Notes: a model not told the origin generated them from the sequence alone. DNA of 64,000 bases from an uncultured Nitrospiraceae bacterium (GCA_963730935.1 CAVSTP010000004.1:1376001-1440000), one strand, 5' to 3'; counted from the stretch's first letter, positions 19,746-29,847 are shown. Made by a program: numbers and translations.

Positions 19746-21011
19746 TCATAACTTGGCAATCAGCAGGGCTGTCCCGTACAGTAAAAGTCCTACAAAACCG
19801 CCCACAACCGCCCCATTGATGCGGATAAACTGCAGATCCGTCCCGACCTCCCGCTCGATCGTGTCCACCATATGAACGACGGACCAGTCACGGACCGTGG
19901 CGGTGACCAGCTCCCCGATCCGGTCGCCATGCCTTGTGGCCAGATCGATCACAAAATCTTGTAATCCGCGCTGCAACAGCGACACGAATTCTGGATCCGT
20001 TCTTAGCGTCTCGCCGAGCCCGGCCAAGGCCTCGCCGAGATAGGCGCGGATCTCCGACTCCTCGTGCCTCAGATCCGCCAGCAGCCACTGTTTCAAACTG
20101 TCCCAGGAATCGTTGATGAATTGCAGCAAGACCTCATAGCCCAACAGCTTCTCCTTCATGGACGCTTCCCGCTGCAAGGCCTGTTCGGAATGCATCAGCC
20201 ATTGCGCCGCCGCCTCGAGACGCTCGATCAACCGCTGCCTGAATGGATCATTGGCATCATCTTGCATATCCCTTAACAGCGAGAGAAACCAGTCGACGAG
20301 CTTCTCAGCTACCTTCTCATCAAGCCGGACGAGACTGAGCAGCCGGGACCAGGGCAGTTTGTCGGCGATGAGACTGGACAACTGACCTCGATGGGCTTCC
20401 ACCGACTCGCTCACGAGGGTCAGGGCGTCGTTCAGCAACCGGTCTCGTTGAGTGCTTTGCAGAAAACCGGACAGCATCTGTCCGATCACCGGCGAGAGGT
20501 GGAGTCCGCGCAGCGTGTTGGTCGCGAGATGCCGGATGAACTGCTGCATCGCGCGATCTTCCGACGCCGCGACCATGCGGCCCAGGAGGCGTGCCGCTTC
20601 CTGAGTCAGCGCCTGCCTCCGGCTCGGATCGAGTAGCACCGTTGTCAACTCGTCCGGAATGCGCCACGACTCGATCAGCTTCCCGATGGCGTCAGGGGTC
20701 AGAAGCTGGCGCTGCGTCAGGCTGCCGAGTCGGGAGGCGATACGCTCCTTGTTTCGGGGAATGATCTGCGTGTGTGGAATCGGCAGACCGAGCGGCCGCC
20801 GAAACAGCGCCGTGACGGCATACCAGTCGGCGAGCGCACCGACCATGGCCGCCTCCGCAAAGGCCCGGACCCACCCTAGCGCCGGATACTTCTGCTCCCA
20901 GACCAGCGAAGCCACAAACAGGACGGCCATGCATACTAGCAATCCTGTCGCGATCACACGGGCTCGCAGGTACTGACGTTCAAAAGCATCACGCGGGATA
21001 TCGCTGATCAT
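19746..21011 (-). CDS. DUF445 family membrane protein
   Basis: AEAAMVGALADWYAVTALFRRPLGLPIPHT.IIP; DLQFIRINGA.VGG. Confidence 0.93.
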   Translation of the reverse strand: MISDIPRDAFERQYLRARVIATGLLVCMAVLFVASLVWEQKYPALGWVRAFAEAAMVGALADWYAVTALFRRPLGLPIPHTQIIPRNKERIASRLGSLTQRQLLTPDAIGKLIESWRIPDELTTVLLDPSRRQALTQEAARLLGRMVAASEDRAMQQFIRHLATNTLRGLHLSPVIGQMLSGFLQSTQRDRLLNDALTLVSESVEAHRGQLSSLIADKLPWSRLLSLVRLDEKVAEKLVDWFLSLLRDMQDDANDPFRQRLIERLEAAAQWLMHSEQALQREASMKEKLLGYEVLLQFINDSWDSLKQWLLADLRHEESEIRAYLGEALAGLGETLRTDPEFVSLLQRGLQDFVIDLATRHGDRIGELVTATVRDWSVVHMVDTIEREVGTDLQFIRINGAVVGGFVGLLLYGTALLIAKL

Positions 21012-21201
21012 GAAACACCTCTCTCCTGTTTTCGCATAAGGTGAATGTTCTCCCTTGTGTCCCTCTGGAGCCTCATGTAAGTTACGCCCGCTGTTGAACG
21101 TAGAGCGTCTGTTGTAGCAGTCTTTCCATGTCCCGCCGATCGACCCCCTCAGATTCTGATCATTCGACGTTGAGTGTTGGTTCGCCCGCGAGGAACGCTA
21201 G

Positions 21202-21597
21202 ATGATCAGCACATTCGATTTGACGCTACTGGGTAGCCTGGTCTCCGCCGGCGGGCTCGTGTTTCTCAGGCATGGTACATGGCCCTACCCGAGCTGGTCT
21301 TTACTTGGAATCGGCAAGCGGCCGTTCGAACTCTCGGCGGAAAGCAGCCACCAACATGCACGGTCGACGGCGCTCGCCGGCGTCCGATGGCTGACGGTCG
21401 GCGTCCTGACTCTCTTCATCGCCTACGTCCGCGGCGCGGAGGAAGGCTACCTGTTCAGTCCATGGAGCGACGTCATGTTCCACCTCATCTTCGTGTCTAC
21501 TTGCTGGGCCACAACGGCGTTTCGCATGAAACACGCAGCCGAACGGGCGAGCGCGGTCGTCCTCACCCATACCTCGCCCAGCCAAGCCAGCAGCTGA
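21202..21597 (+). CDS. Hypothetical membrane protein
   Basis: Three hydrophobic segments; GAGGA RBS. Confidence 0.6.
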   Translation: MISTFDLTLLGSLVSAGGLVFLRHGTWPYPSWSLLGIGKRPFELSAESSHQHARSTALAGVRWLTVGVLTLFIAYVRGAEEGYLFSPWSDVMFHLIFVSTCWATTAFRMKHAAERASAVVLTHTSPSQASS

Positions 21598-21619
21598 CAG
21601 CAGACGGCAGATCGAGGCG

Positions 21620-22765
21620 TCACGACGGCGACTTCGTCAACACCCGCTGAAATTCCTGAATCGCTGTGACGACTCCCAGCTGGTTCTGTTGTACCCGGCT
21701 GCCAAGCATGAATACGATGTCCTGACCTAATACTGTGGTCAGCTCGCCAATCCGATCAACTCCTATTCTGCCGCCGACCGCCGGCATCATGGGCACGACA
21801 TGCGCCCAGGGCTGCCGACAGTTCACCGCCACGGAGATGCAGTCTTCCTTCGACATGGTATAGCCGGCATCAAAGCTGGGATAAATGGCCATGTCCGCCC
21901 CGGCCAATCGAGGCAGCAGCGCATACGCCACGGCCGGGGCAAGCCCTCCCCCTTCTCGAGACACGCTGGTCCCGAGAAAGGTCGGATGACTTGCAATAGG
22001 AACCGCCAGCGCCTCATCGACTGCGAGCGCACGCAGCCCATCGAAGCCGGTCACCCCTGGAGCGACCAACAGACCAGTCGCTCCCAACCGCTTCGCTTCG
22101 CCGGCACGCTGCCGCATCGAATCCCACGCTCCGCTTACATGCGCAAAATAAAGACAGGGCCGCCCTCTCTGCACACTCGCGTCGGAAATCGCTTCGGCAC
22201 AACGAGCGACTCGCTCGTTGAATGGACAGAAGGGTTGATCGAGTAGGGCTTGATCGTCCTTGATCAGATCGGCACCACCAAGCACGAACTGCGCCCCGAG
22301 CTCCGCCAATTTCTTCGGCGAACGCCCCAAGGGCTTGAGGACCGCACAGACCAGCGGCCGATTCGACACGCCGACGGCCTGTCGAAGGCCGGCCAAACCG
22401 TACCGAGGCCCGCGCCAAGACGAGAGAAGCCCGTGTGTCAGCGAAAAAGACAGTAGCCGTACATCCGAGCGCAGACTGCTCGTTCCGAATAACAGATTCA
22501 GGAGATCACTAAGCTCCTTCCCGACGAGGTCGCCTGCATATCGAATCGTGGCTTCGTGGCGACCTGCGGTAAGCGGCCGAAGCTGTTCGAGACGACCGAA
22601 AATCCTGGCGCAAAGCGGAGGCGCAAGGAGATCTGCGTCCGCTTCGATGGTTTGATCAAGACAAATGCGCTCGGCCCGCGCTCGAGCTTCGGTCTCCGGC
22701 CCCGGCACTTCATAGACTGCTGTCAGGAACTCTGTTCCCAACGGATCACGTTCTTCAATATTCAT
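21620..22765 (-). CDS. RuBisCO-like protein (form IV)
   Basis: EQT-like DQTIE, GPRYGL.GLR, RPL....LKPLG, GADLIKDDQ, SHP; no cbbS nearby. Confidence 0.9.
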   Translation of the reverse strand: MNIEERDPLGTEFLTAVYEVPGPETEARARAERICLDQTIEADADLLAPPLCARIFGRLEQLRPLTAGRHEATIRYAGDLVGKELSDLLNLLFGTSSLRSDVRLLSFSLTHGLLSSWRGPRYGLAGLRQAVGVSNRPLVCAVLKPLGRSPKKLAELGAQFVLGGADLIKDDQALLDQPFCPFNERVARCAEAISDASVQRGRPCLYFAHVSGAWDSMRQRAGEAKRLGATGLLVAPGVTGFDGLRALAVDEALAVPIASHPTFLGTSVSREGGGLAPAVAYALLPRLAGADMAIYPSFDAGYTMSKEDCISVAVNCRQPWAHVVPMMPAVGGRIGVDRIGELTTVLGQDIVFMLGSRVQQNQLGVVTAIQEFQRVLTKSPS

Positions 22766-22814
22766 GGAAGAACCCTTCTCGTCCTCTCAACCCTATAGCA
22801 GGAATCAAATGCTC

Positions 22815-22890
22815 TCTCCAAGCTGGCTCACTCTTCCTCCCCTGCAGGGTGGATGGTGGAGCTAGCTGCGACTTGGGAGGAGGCGGTTTC
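22815..22890 (-). repeat. Partial copy (3' module) of the dispersed repeat
   Basis: Reverse complement CAAGTCGCAGCTAGCTCCACCATCCACCC...GGAAGAGTGAGCCAGCTTGGA matches about 31695-31755. Confidence 0.65.
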
Positions 22891-23124
22891 CTCACTTGCG
22901 ATTTGCGTGAAGGCTCGGGCACCACACTTGTTGATCAGATGCGACCAGCCGAGGGCTGGCGACGTCGATGTTCGCTGTTCCGTTCATGCGCAGCAACGAA
23001 CGGAACGAGTTTCGGCGTCGAGCAGATGAGCAACTTAGTGTGGTCGAGTCGAAGCGCCTGTGCAGGTGGAACACCGTCTCCTCCTCGCTTCCCGCCTCTC
23101 TTTCAGTTATCATGCGCCACCTCA

Positions 23125-25131
23125 ATGTTGACGCACGACGACCAGCCCGTCGTCCCAGCCGCCGTCACGCTTCCTGAAATCACCGTCAAAGCGGTCGTCC
23201 TGTCCGTGATTCTGGCGGCAGTTCTGGCTGCCGCCAACGCTTACCTGGGTCTCTTCGCCGGCATGACCGTGTCCGCGTCCATTCCGGCCGCGGTCGCCTC
23301 GATGGCGATTCTTCGCCTCTTCAAACGGTCCAACATTCTCGAAAACAACATCATCCAGACGGCTGCCTCCTCAGGCGAAGCGCTGGCCGCCGGCGTGATC
23401 TTCACGATTCCAGCGTTACTGCTCGTCGGCTATTGGTCCGCCTTCGACTACTGGCAGACCGCTTCGATTGCGACGGTCGGCGGCTTGCTGGGCGTGCTCT
23501 TCACGATTCCGTTACGGCGCGCGCTGATTGTCACGGCGCGCCTGAGATTCCCCGAAGGCGTGGCAACCGCCGAAGTCCTCAAGGTCGCGGCCCCCGCTGA
23601 AACTGAGGTCGTCGAGCGAATCCACGCGGCGCCAACTCAAGCGGCCGGCGATTTCAGGACGCTACTTTCCGCCGCCCTCTTGGGCGGTGCGGTGAAGTTC
23701 GGCGAGAGCGGATTGCGCCTCTGGGCGGAATCCCTCGAAGGCGCAGCCAACATCAGCCGCACTGTACTCTATGCCGGGCTCAACCTCTCGCCTGCCCTGC
23801 TCGCCGTCGGATTCATCATCGGCTTGAATACGGCTGTCGTGGTCTTCCTCGGCGGCCTCATCGGATGGGTGATGCTGATGCCGGTCTATGGGCTCATCGA
23901 CGGCCTGCCGCCGGGTAAGACCGGCCTGGCCGCGGCGATGACGATCTGGAGCGGCCAGATCCGCTACGTCGGCATCGGCGCCATGCTCACCGGTGGCCTT
24001 TGGACGTTGACGAAACTCCGCGAGCCGGTGTGGAAAAGTCTCGAAACGCTGCGTGACAGCTATCGCGCAGCTGGATCATCCACCCCAGCCGCCATACCGA
24101 GGACGGAACAGGATGCGCCGCTTCCCTGGATCGTCGTTCCGTTTGTCTTGGCGCTGCTCCCGATGGCCTGGATCTATACGACGGTCGTCAGCAGCGTGCC
24201 CATCGGCCTCATGATGACGGCCATCATGGCGCTTGCGGCCTTCCTCTTCTCTTCGGTCGCCGCCTACATGGCCGGGCTGGTGGGCAGCTCCAGCAATCCG
24301 GTGTCCGGCGTGACCATTGCGACCATTATGGTCGCCTCGCTCCTTCTCGTGCTGTTCATGGGCGCCGGGCATCCGGCCGGGCCGGCGGCCACGCTCGTGA
24401 TTGGCGCGGTTGTCTGCTGCGCTGCGGCCATGGGAGGCGACAATCTGCAGGATCTCAAGACGGGTCACTTGGTCGGGGCAACGCCCTGGAAGCAGCAAAT
24501 CATGCAAGTGGTCGGCGTGCTGACCGGTGCGGTCGTCCTTGTCCCCGTACTGTCTCTGTTGCAAGCCAAGTACGGGATCGGCGAGCCCACGGCCGGCCAT
24601 CTGCATCCCTTGAGCGCCCCCCAGGCCACGTTGATGGCGAGCCTCACGCGCAGCGTTTTCGGCGCAGGCCTGCCTTGGTCGCTCGTCGGCTTGGGGATGC
24701 TGATCGGCATCCTCGTGATTCTCGCGGATCGTCGTCTGGAAGCACGCGGCAGCGAATTCCGACTGCCCGTTCTCGGTGTGGCGCTCGGTATCTACCTGCC
24801 GCTCAAGCTATCGGCGACGATTTTCTTGGGCGGCATGATCGCCGCCCTGGCCAACAGAGCGGCAGCAAGAAGCGACGAGCCGCCGCGGCGCGGTCTGCTG
24901 TTCGCGGCAGGACTGATCACTGGGGAAGCGCTCATGGGTATCGTATTGGCGATCCCCATCGCACTCGGGGCCTTCTGGCCTGGCCTCAGTCCCGATCCGT
25001 TCCTGCTGTTCGAGGCGCCTCCGCTCGGCGGCTGGCCCGGCATTGTGATCGTGGCGGTGGTGGGGTGGCTGCTCTACGTGACAGCCAGGGAACCTTCCAG
25101 GAGGACAAAACGCGGTGTGGGTGTAGGATGA
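23125..25131 (+). CDS. OPT family oligopeptide transporter
   Basis: ANAYLGLFAGMTVSASIPAAV, ENNIIQT.AS, FPEGVATAEVL, DNLQDLKTG.LVGATP.KQQ, APQATLM. Confidence 0.95.
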   Translation: MLTHDDQPVVPAAVTLPEITVKAVVLSVILAAVLAAANAYLGLFAGMTVSASIPAAVASMAILRLFKRSNILENNIIQTAASSGEALAAGVIFTIPALLLVGYWSAFDYWQTASIATVGGLLGVLFTIPLRRALIVTARLRFPEGVATAEVLKVAAPAETEVVERIHAAPTQAAGDFRTLLSAALLGGAVKFGESGLRLWAESLEGAANISRTVLYAGLNLSPALLAVGFIIGLNTAVVVFLGGLIGWVMLMPVYGLIDGLPPGKTGLAAAMTIWSGQIRYVGIGAMLTGGLWTLTKLREPVWKSLETLRDSYRAAGSSTPAAIPRTEQDAPLPWIVVPFVLALLPMAWIYTTVVSSVPIGLMMTAIMALAAFLFSSVAAYMAGLVGSSSNPVSGVTIATIMVASLLLVLFMGAGHPAGPAATLVIGAVVCCAAAMGGDNLQDLKTGHLVGATPWKQQIMQVVGVLTGAVVLVPVLSLLQAKYGIGEPTAGHLHPLSAPQATLMASLTRSVFGAGLPWSLVGLGMLIGILVILADRRLEARGSEFRLPVLGVALGIYLPLKLSATIFLGGMIAALANRAAARSDEPPRRGLLFAAGLITGEALMGIVLAIPIALGAFWPGLSPDPFLLFEAPPLGGWPGIVIVAVVGWLLYVTAREPSRRTKRGVGVG

Positions 25132-25164
25132 AGGAAGAGTGATCTTTCCATTGTGAGGTGGCTT

Positions 25165-25344
25165 ATGTTCGACACTCTGCTCGGCAGCCTTATCATCCTT
25201 TCCTCCACCCTGGCGATTATTGTCGTCTTGGCCCTCTTCCTGACGGCGCTGCTCAGGTGGATGTTCCTGACAGATGAGGAGGCGGCTGAAACGACAACGG
25301 TATATGAGCCGTCAACGGACTATCCGTTACGGAAGGCAGCCTAA
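25165..25344 (+). CDS. Small single-TM protein ending ...LRKAA
   Basis: GAGGTG RBS; hydrophobic N-terminus. Confidence 0.6.
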   Translation: MFDTLLGSLIILSSTLAIIVVLALFLTALLRWMFLTDEEAAETTTVYEPSTDYPLRKAA

Positions 25345-25476
25345 CTTCGTCGCGACATATCGATTCCAGTCCAATTTTCTGGACTGCTCCGAGTAGGACC
25401 TTTTCCTAAGGAAGCCCCTAGCGTGACAGGTTCGGACGGAGAACTGTGCAGACGAAGCCTGGGAAACAGAAAGAGG

Positions 25477-25869
25477 TCAGACCGGCGCGAATTGGGGATC
25501 CTGAACGTTGAGGATCTCGAAGGCTTCTTCCGCCGTTCGCACGACGCGCAGGTTTGGACGACTGTCCGCCCCCTCCAACTCGAACAACCGCCCCATCCCG
25601 AAGAGATCAGGTGTCGGCGCGATGAAGATGACCGGCCGGCTCGGATCCGGCATAATGGGCTTGGTGCGGGCGAGAGCGCGCATCGTTTGCGGAGAGAAGG
25701 CCACCGCCGTCGCCTCGGAAAAGTCGGTGATGCCGGAGAGCGGGTCGAACCGGGCAACGTTCTCTTGGCCGAAGCGATACATGTTCCTGAGATCGTCATC
25801 CGTCACCCGTCCTAAGAAACGGGCGCGCAGAATCCGATTGGTTGTATCGAAGTCGATCAGGTAGGGCAT
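25477..25869 (-). CDS. Hypothetical protein (STAS/SpoIIAA-like)
   Basis: F.GRVTDDDL, ITDFS, FGMGRLFE, VVRTAEEA pattern. Confidence 0.6.
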   Translation of the reverse strand: MPYLIDFDTTNRILRARFLGRVTDDDLRNMYRFGQENVARFDPLSGITDFSEATAVAFSPQTMRALARTKPIMPDPSRPVIFIAPTPDLFGMGRLFELEGADSRPNLRVVRTAEEAFEILNVQDPQFAPV

Positions 25870-26027
25870 CCAGCTGCTTAATTCCTAGTTCCCAGTATGA
25901 GAAGCTTTCGACACAATAGCTGACATCGAATGTAGAATAACACGTTGTGCGTGGATTACTGAAGATATATAGAACTAAGGTAATGTCCTACACGAAGTGG
26001 TGTTGATCACGAGGCAACGAGGAACGT

Positions 26028-26594
26028 ATGGCAGTTGAATCGGTCATGCTCCCCCTGGGAACCACCGCTCCGCCGTTTTTTTTGCCCGACGTCGTGAGCG
26101 GGCAGGTCTATTCGCTCGACTCGTTTCATGGCAAGGACGCCTTGCTGGTCATGTTCATCTGCCGCCATTGTCCGTACGTCAAGCACGTCGAGCAGGAACT
26201 CGCCAAGATCGGCAAGGACTATCAGGAGAAAAAGCTTGGCATCATCGGCATCAGCAGCAATGATCCGGCGACCCATCCGGACGACGCCCCGCACCGGCTC
26301 AAAGAGATGGCCAAACAACTCGACTTTCGTTTTCCATTCTGCTTCGACGAGACGCAAGAGGTCGCCAAGGCCTACAAGGCCGGCTGCACGCCTGACTTTT
26401 ACCTGTTTGATGTCCAGCGGCGATTGGTCTATCGCGGGCAGCTCGACGAGAGCCGTCCCGGCAACAACAAACCGGTGACCGGCCGCGATTTGCGTGGCGC
26501 CATCGACAATGTGCTCGCCGGGAAACCGGTCGATTCCGACCAAAAACCCAGCATCGGCTGCTCTATCAAGTGGAAAGAGGGGCGCGCGGGCTGA
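26028..26594 (+). CDS. Thioredoxin-fold (AhpC/TSA-like) protein
   Basis: MFICRHCPYV, CTPDF, YRGQLD, SIGCSIKW. Confidence 0.95.
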   Translation: MAVESVMLPLGTTAPPFFLPDVVSGQVYSLDSFHGKDALLVMFICRHCPYVKHVEQELAKIGKDYQEKKLGIIGISSNDPATHPDDAPHRLKEMAKQLDFRFPFCFDETQEVAKAYKAGCTPDFYLFDVQRRLVYRGQLDESRPGNNKPVTGRDLRGAIDNVLAGKPVDSDQKPSIGCSIKWKEGRAG

Positions 26595-26603
26595 TGATCT
26601 CCC

Positions 26604-26727
26604 GTGCTCGCCCAACGCGCACACCAGACCAATCGTATTGTTTAGAAAGTCGCTGCTCGTCGAAGCGCGCAGTAGGAGATCATCCAACCCACGCCAAGAA
26701 GAGTGAGTGAGCGAGCAGGCTTGGAAG
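26604..26727 (+). repeat. Short variant of the dispersed repeat (5' and 3' modules only)
   Basis: GTGCTCGCCCAACGCGCAC as at 17405; GAAGAGTGAG...GAGCAGGCTTGGAA resembles 17805-17820 and 31730-31753. Confidence 0.75.
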
Positions 26728-26755
26728 TTTTATTTATAAGGGCGTGCTCGCTAGG

Positions 26756-27103
26756 TCAGTGTCCGGGAGAAGCAGGCGGCGCGTGTGGTTTTTTTTGACC
26801 CAGTTCGGCCTCAATCTGCGCTATCCTCTCAGCGGCTTGCTGATGTCCCTTCCCCGCAGCCAACCGGTAGTACGTCACCGCCTTATTGAGATCCCTCACA
26901 CCCGCCAGACGGCCCGATTCAAACGCTTCACCCATGCGGTACGCAGCTTCGGGATCTCCGCGATCGGCTTTCTCTGAATCAGACGCATACTGCTGGGCGG
27001 CTTGAGGATCGAGCGGTCGGGGTGCCTGTGCCTCCACTTCATTCGGACTGCCGACCATTGAAACATAGAGTGCCGCGACCATGATTGTGCGAACGTGTCC
27101 CAT
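26756..27103 (-). CDS. Short Sel1-repeat exported protein
   Basis: ADRGDPEAAYRMG...DLNKAVTYYRLAAGKGH. Confidence 0.8.
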   Translation of the reverse strand: MGHVRTIMVAALYVSMVGSPNEVEAQAPRPLDPQAAQQYASDSEKADRGDPEAAYRMGEAFESGRLAGVRDLNKAVTYYRLAAGKGHQQAAERIAQIEAELGQKKPHAPPASPGH

Positions 27104-27242
27104 GGGAGCCTCTGCAGCTGCGCCTAAAATCTGAACATACATTGGTGTATAGGTTCAAGCTTAGCGAAGCGCAGGCCATGCAGAGCCAGGGTTTATCGAT
27201 CTTGACCAGTGAAGGTGCTAAGCGTACAGTGATGGTCATTCG

Positions 27243-27330
27243 GGCCGCCTTAAGTCTGCGAGGTGGTGGCCATGATCCTCCGTGGAGCACCAATCCATCG
27301 TGATGGACATGGCGAGTGCGGCCTCCTCTC
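27243..27330 (+). repeat. ~88-bp structured direct repeat, copy 1
   Basis: Near-identical to 27782-27868. Confidence 0.9.
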
Positions 27331-27513
27331 TCCCGCCTTTCATCACAGTCTAACTCCTTTCATTGCTTCTCCGTTGGCTCAACAGTTGCGTCCGCCATAT
27401 GCCGCTTTCCGTCAACCCCGCGTGGCCGTGCGTCATACGGCAGAATCCCATCGGCTGGTCACATGGCTTGTGGAAGAAAGGACTCGCATGTGTGTCATGC
27501 GAGAGAGTGCCTT

Positions 27514-27681
27514 ATGTCATGGATGGACTGGGGAATAGTGGCAGGAATCATCTCGCTGGTCGCCGTGTTGCTGTTTTCTATTCTGACGCTTTATGCGAGA
27601 CCTCAAGGACCTTCGCCCACAGGTAAACGACTAGGGGTCCAGGTGAAGCCCGAACCGCTTGTCCAGCAGCGAGCCGCATAG
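27514..27681 (+). CDS. Small single-TM protein ending ...QQRAA
   Basis: MSWMDWGIVAGIISLVAVLLFSIL... Confidence 0.55.
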   Translation: MSWMDWGIVAGIISLVAVLLFSILTLYARPQGPSPTGKRLGVQVKPEPLVQQRAA

Positions 27682-27781
27682 GACGGAACGACAGGGCAGA
27701 TCGGCGGGCGGGCCCAAGTGGTAACACGTTCTGACGTTCAATAGATTGCGGGAAGCCCAATCGTAGCGTACCTACGGTTCT

Positions 27782-27868
27782 GGCCGCCTCGAGTCTAAGA
27801 GGTGGTGGCCATGATCCTCCGTGGAGCAGCGATCCATCGTGATGGACATGGCCAGTGCGGTCTCCTCC
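27782..27868 (+). repeat. ~88-bp structured direct repeat, copy 2
   Basis: GAGGTGGTGGCCATGATCCTCCGTGGAGCA...ATCCATCGTGATGGACATGGC. Confidence 0.9.
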
Positions 27869-28001
27869 CCACGGAAACGTTCTTCCGCAGTGTAGCTGAG
27901 GTAGCCCGTCCGCACCTCGCCGAGATCGCTTCGATCACACCTCATTCCCGCGTACAACCGAATATTTCCTGCCCTGCAGGAACACAAGAAAGGAGGGGCT
28001 T

Positions 28002-28379
28002 ATGAAAGCTCTGATGGGTGCATTCCTTATCGGCACCGCCCTCTGCGGGCTGGCCGTCGTCAGCATGGCCGTGCAAACCAGCTGGGTCGACGAGATCAAC
28101 AATTCGCTGTCGTTCACCGCGGCGAACTATCCCGGCTCCAACTGGGAACCCTATAAACAGAAGTTAGGGATCGTGCATGACGCCGTCGACCGGGGCGACA
28201 ATCAGGCCGTAAAGAAAGAAATGGGGAAATGGTTCAAGATGCTTCGCCAGCGAGACCACGGCATCAATGAAGTCGCTGCGGACGAACTCTACAACTTTTC
28301 GCTGGCGGTGACCCCCATCCAGGAATATGGGATTTCGGTGCCGGCTGGTGGTCCAATTGGTCTTGGTGAAACCTATTAA
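28002..28379 (+). CDS. Exported hypothetical protein
   Basis: AAGGAGG RBS; signal peptide. Confidence 0.75.
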   Translation: MKALMGAFLIGTALCGLAVVSMAVQTSWVDEINNSLSFTAANYPGSNWEPYKQKLGIVHDAVDRGDNQAVKKEMGKWFKMLRQRDHGINEVAADELYNFSLAVTPIQEYGISVPAGGPIGLGETY

Positions 28380-28426
28380 CATCATTCCGTTCAAGAGAAT
28401 GATGCGACGACACTGGAGGTGTTCGT

Positions 28427-28942
28427 ATGAAACGATATCGCGGAAAAGCACTGGTCGGTGTGGCTGTGATGTTCGTATTACTGCTCGCGCCGGTGGGGGC
28501 GGCACAATCGGAGGACATTGTGCTTAATTCGCATTATGGCTTCAGCGGGGTGATCACCAAGATCGAGTCCGGGATGTTGTTCGTCAAGACAGATTCGAGC
28601 TTGCAGCCGAGACCGATCAGCCCCAATAAAGCCGATCGAGTGGGGCTGTACAATGCGAAAGTCGGCGACCCGGTCAACATGCTGGTGGATTCAGGCAATG
28701 TCCTGATCGATGCCTCTGCGACCGATCAGTCTCCCGATCATGTGTTCGTCGTCGGCACAGTCCGCTATTCCGATCCATTCTGGCACGAAATTCAGCTCTC
28801 GACTCCGGAGGGAACGACTACTTATGAGGTGGACTCGTTGGCAGGCAACAAGCTGTCTACCCTTCCGGACGGTGCACCGGTCACGCTGGAACTGGACGCG
28901 GATAACGTGATGATCGACATCCAACGCGGCCAGTCACGCTGA
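28427..28942 (+). CDS. Exported hypothetical protein (two beta-rich repeats)
   Basis: GGAGGT RBS; signal peptide; GDPVNMLVDSGNVLID / GAPVTLELDADNVMID internal repeat. Confidence 0.75.
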   Translation: MKRYRGKALVGVAVMFVLLLAPVGAAQSEDIVLNSHYGFSGVITKIESGMLFVKTDSSLQPRPISPNKADRVGLYNAKVGDPVNMLVDSGNVLIDASATDQSPDHVFVVGTVRYSDPFWHEIQLSTPEGTTTYEVDSLAGNKLSTLPDGAPVTLELDADNVMIDIQRGQSR

Positions 28943-29073
28943 ATGTCGGCTGACGCGACAGTGGCTTGACTTGAGCGGAACGCGTCCGTACGATTTTCTT
29001 GAATCGGTGTTCGCCGGCATCCGGATGCCGGCGAACACCATCAAGCACGTCTCTTCACTCAGGGGACGATCGC

Positions 29074-29847
29074 ATGGTGAGCCGTCTACGCTGGGTCGCC
29101 GGAGTTGTATTCCTGGCTGCCATCCAGGGGGAAGCGGCGACCACGGAGCGGGCTCGACCCGAGGACGGGATTGCGTTCCAGACCATCATCGATCTGGAAC
29201 AGAGCGCCCGTCTCATCGCCATCCTGCTGGACTCCGGGCGCTCCGTCATCAACGAAAACCAACCTCTGTTCGATGATCCGGCCAAAGCCGACAAAGGCTT
29301 TACGCCCGACCTATTCGAGCGACAACTCGCACGCATGTTTCGCGACCGTTCGGGACTCGACCTTGCTGAGTTAGACTCGGCTCGGGTTCCGCCCGCGGCC
29401 AAGAAATGGCTCAAGGACCTGCTGACCGTGAGCAAGCAGGTCGTGAAGGACGCTCAACCAGAAATTAACCAGCCGGCCGCCCGCTCCAAGCTGATCCCAG
29501 CGGTGTTTGGCTCGCGCGTAGCCGGGCGTTTCACGGAGCGGACCGGTGTCCAGCTGAAGCAAACAGCCCTGGCTCCCCGAAATCCTGCCAATGCCCCCGA
29601 TGCGGTCGAACGATCGGCGCTGGAAATGTTTGCGGCTTCCGATTACCCGCGCGAAAAGACGATCAGTGAAGCCACGGCCAAAACCGGCATGGTGAGGCTC
29701 ATATATCCGTTGTACGTGACCAGGCAATGTCTCGATTGCCATGGTGAACCGAAGGGGACACTGGACAAGACGGGCTATCCCCGGGAAGGATTGCGGCTCG
29801 GACAGAATGCCGGCGCCATCAGCGTGGCGATCCGTATGTCACCATGA
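29074..29847 (+). CDS. DUF3365 (Tll0287-like) c-type heme protein
   Basis: PRNPANAPD..E..AL..F, CLDCHGEP, GAISV. Confidence 0.85.
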   Translation: MVSRLRWVAGVVFLAAIQGEAATTERARPEDGIAFQTIIDLEQSARLIAILLDSGRSVINENQPLFDDPAKADKGFTPDLFERQLARMFRDRSGLDLAELDSARVPPAAKKWLKDLLTVSKQVVKDAQPEINQPAARSKLIPAVFGSRVAGRFTERTGVQLKQTALAPRNPANAPDAVERSALEMFAASDYPREKTISEATAKTGMVRLIYPLYVTRQCLDCHGEPKGTLDKTGYPREGLRLGQNAGAISVAIRMSP

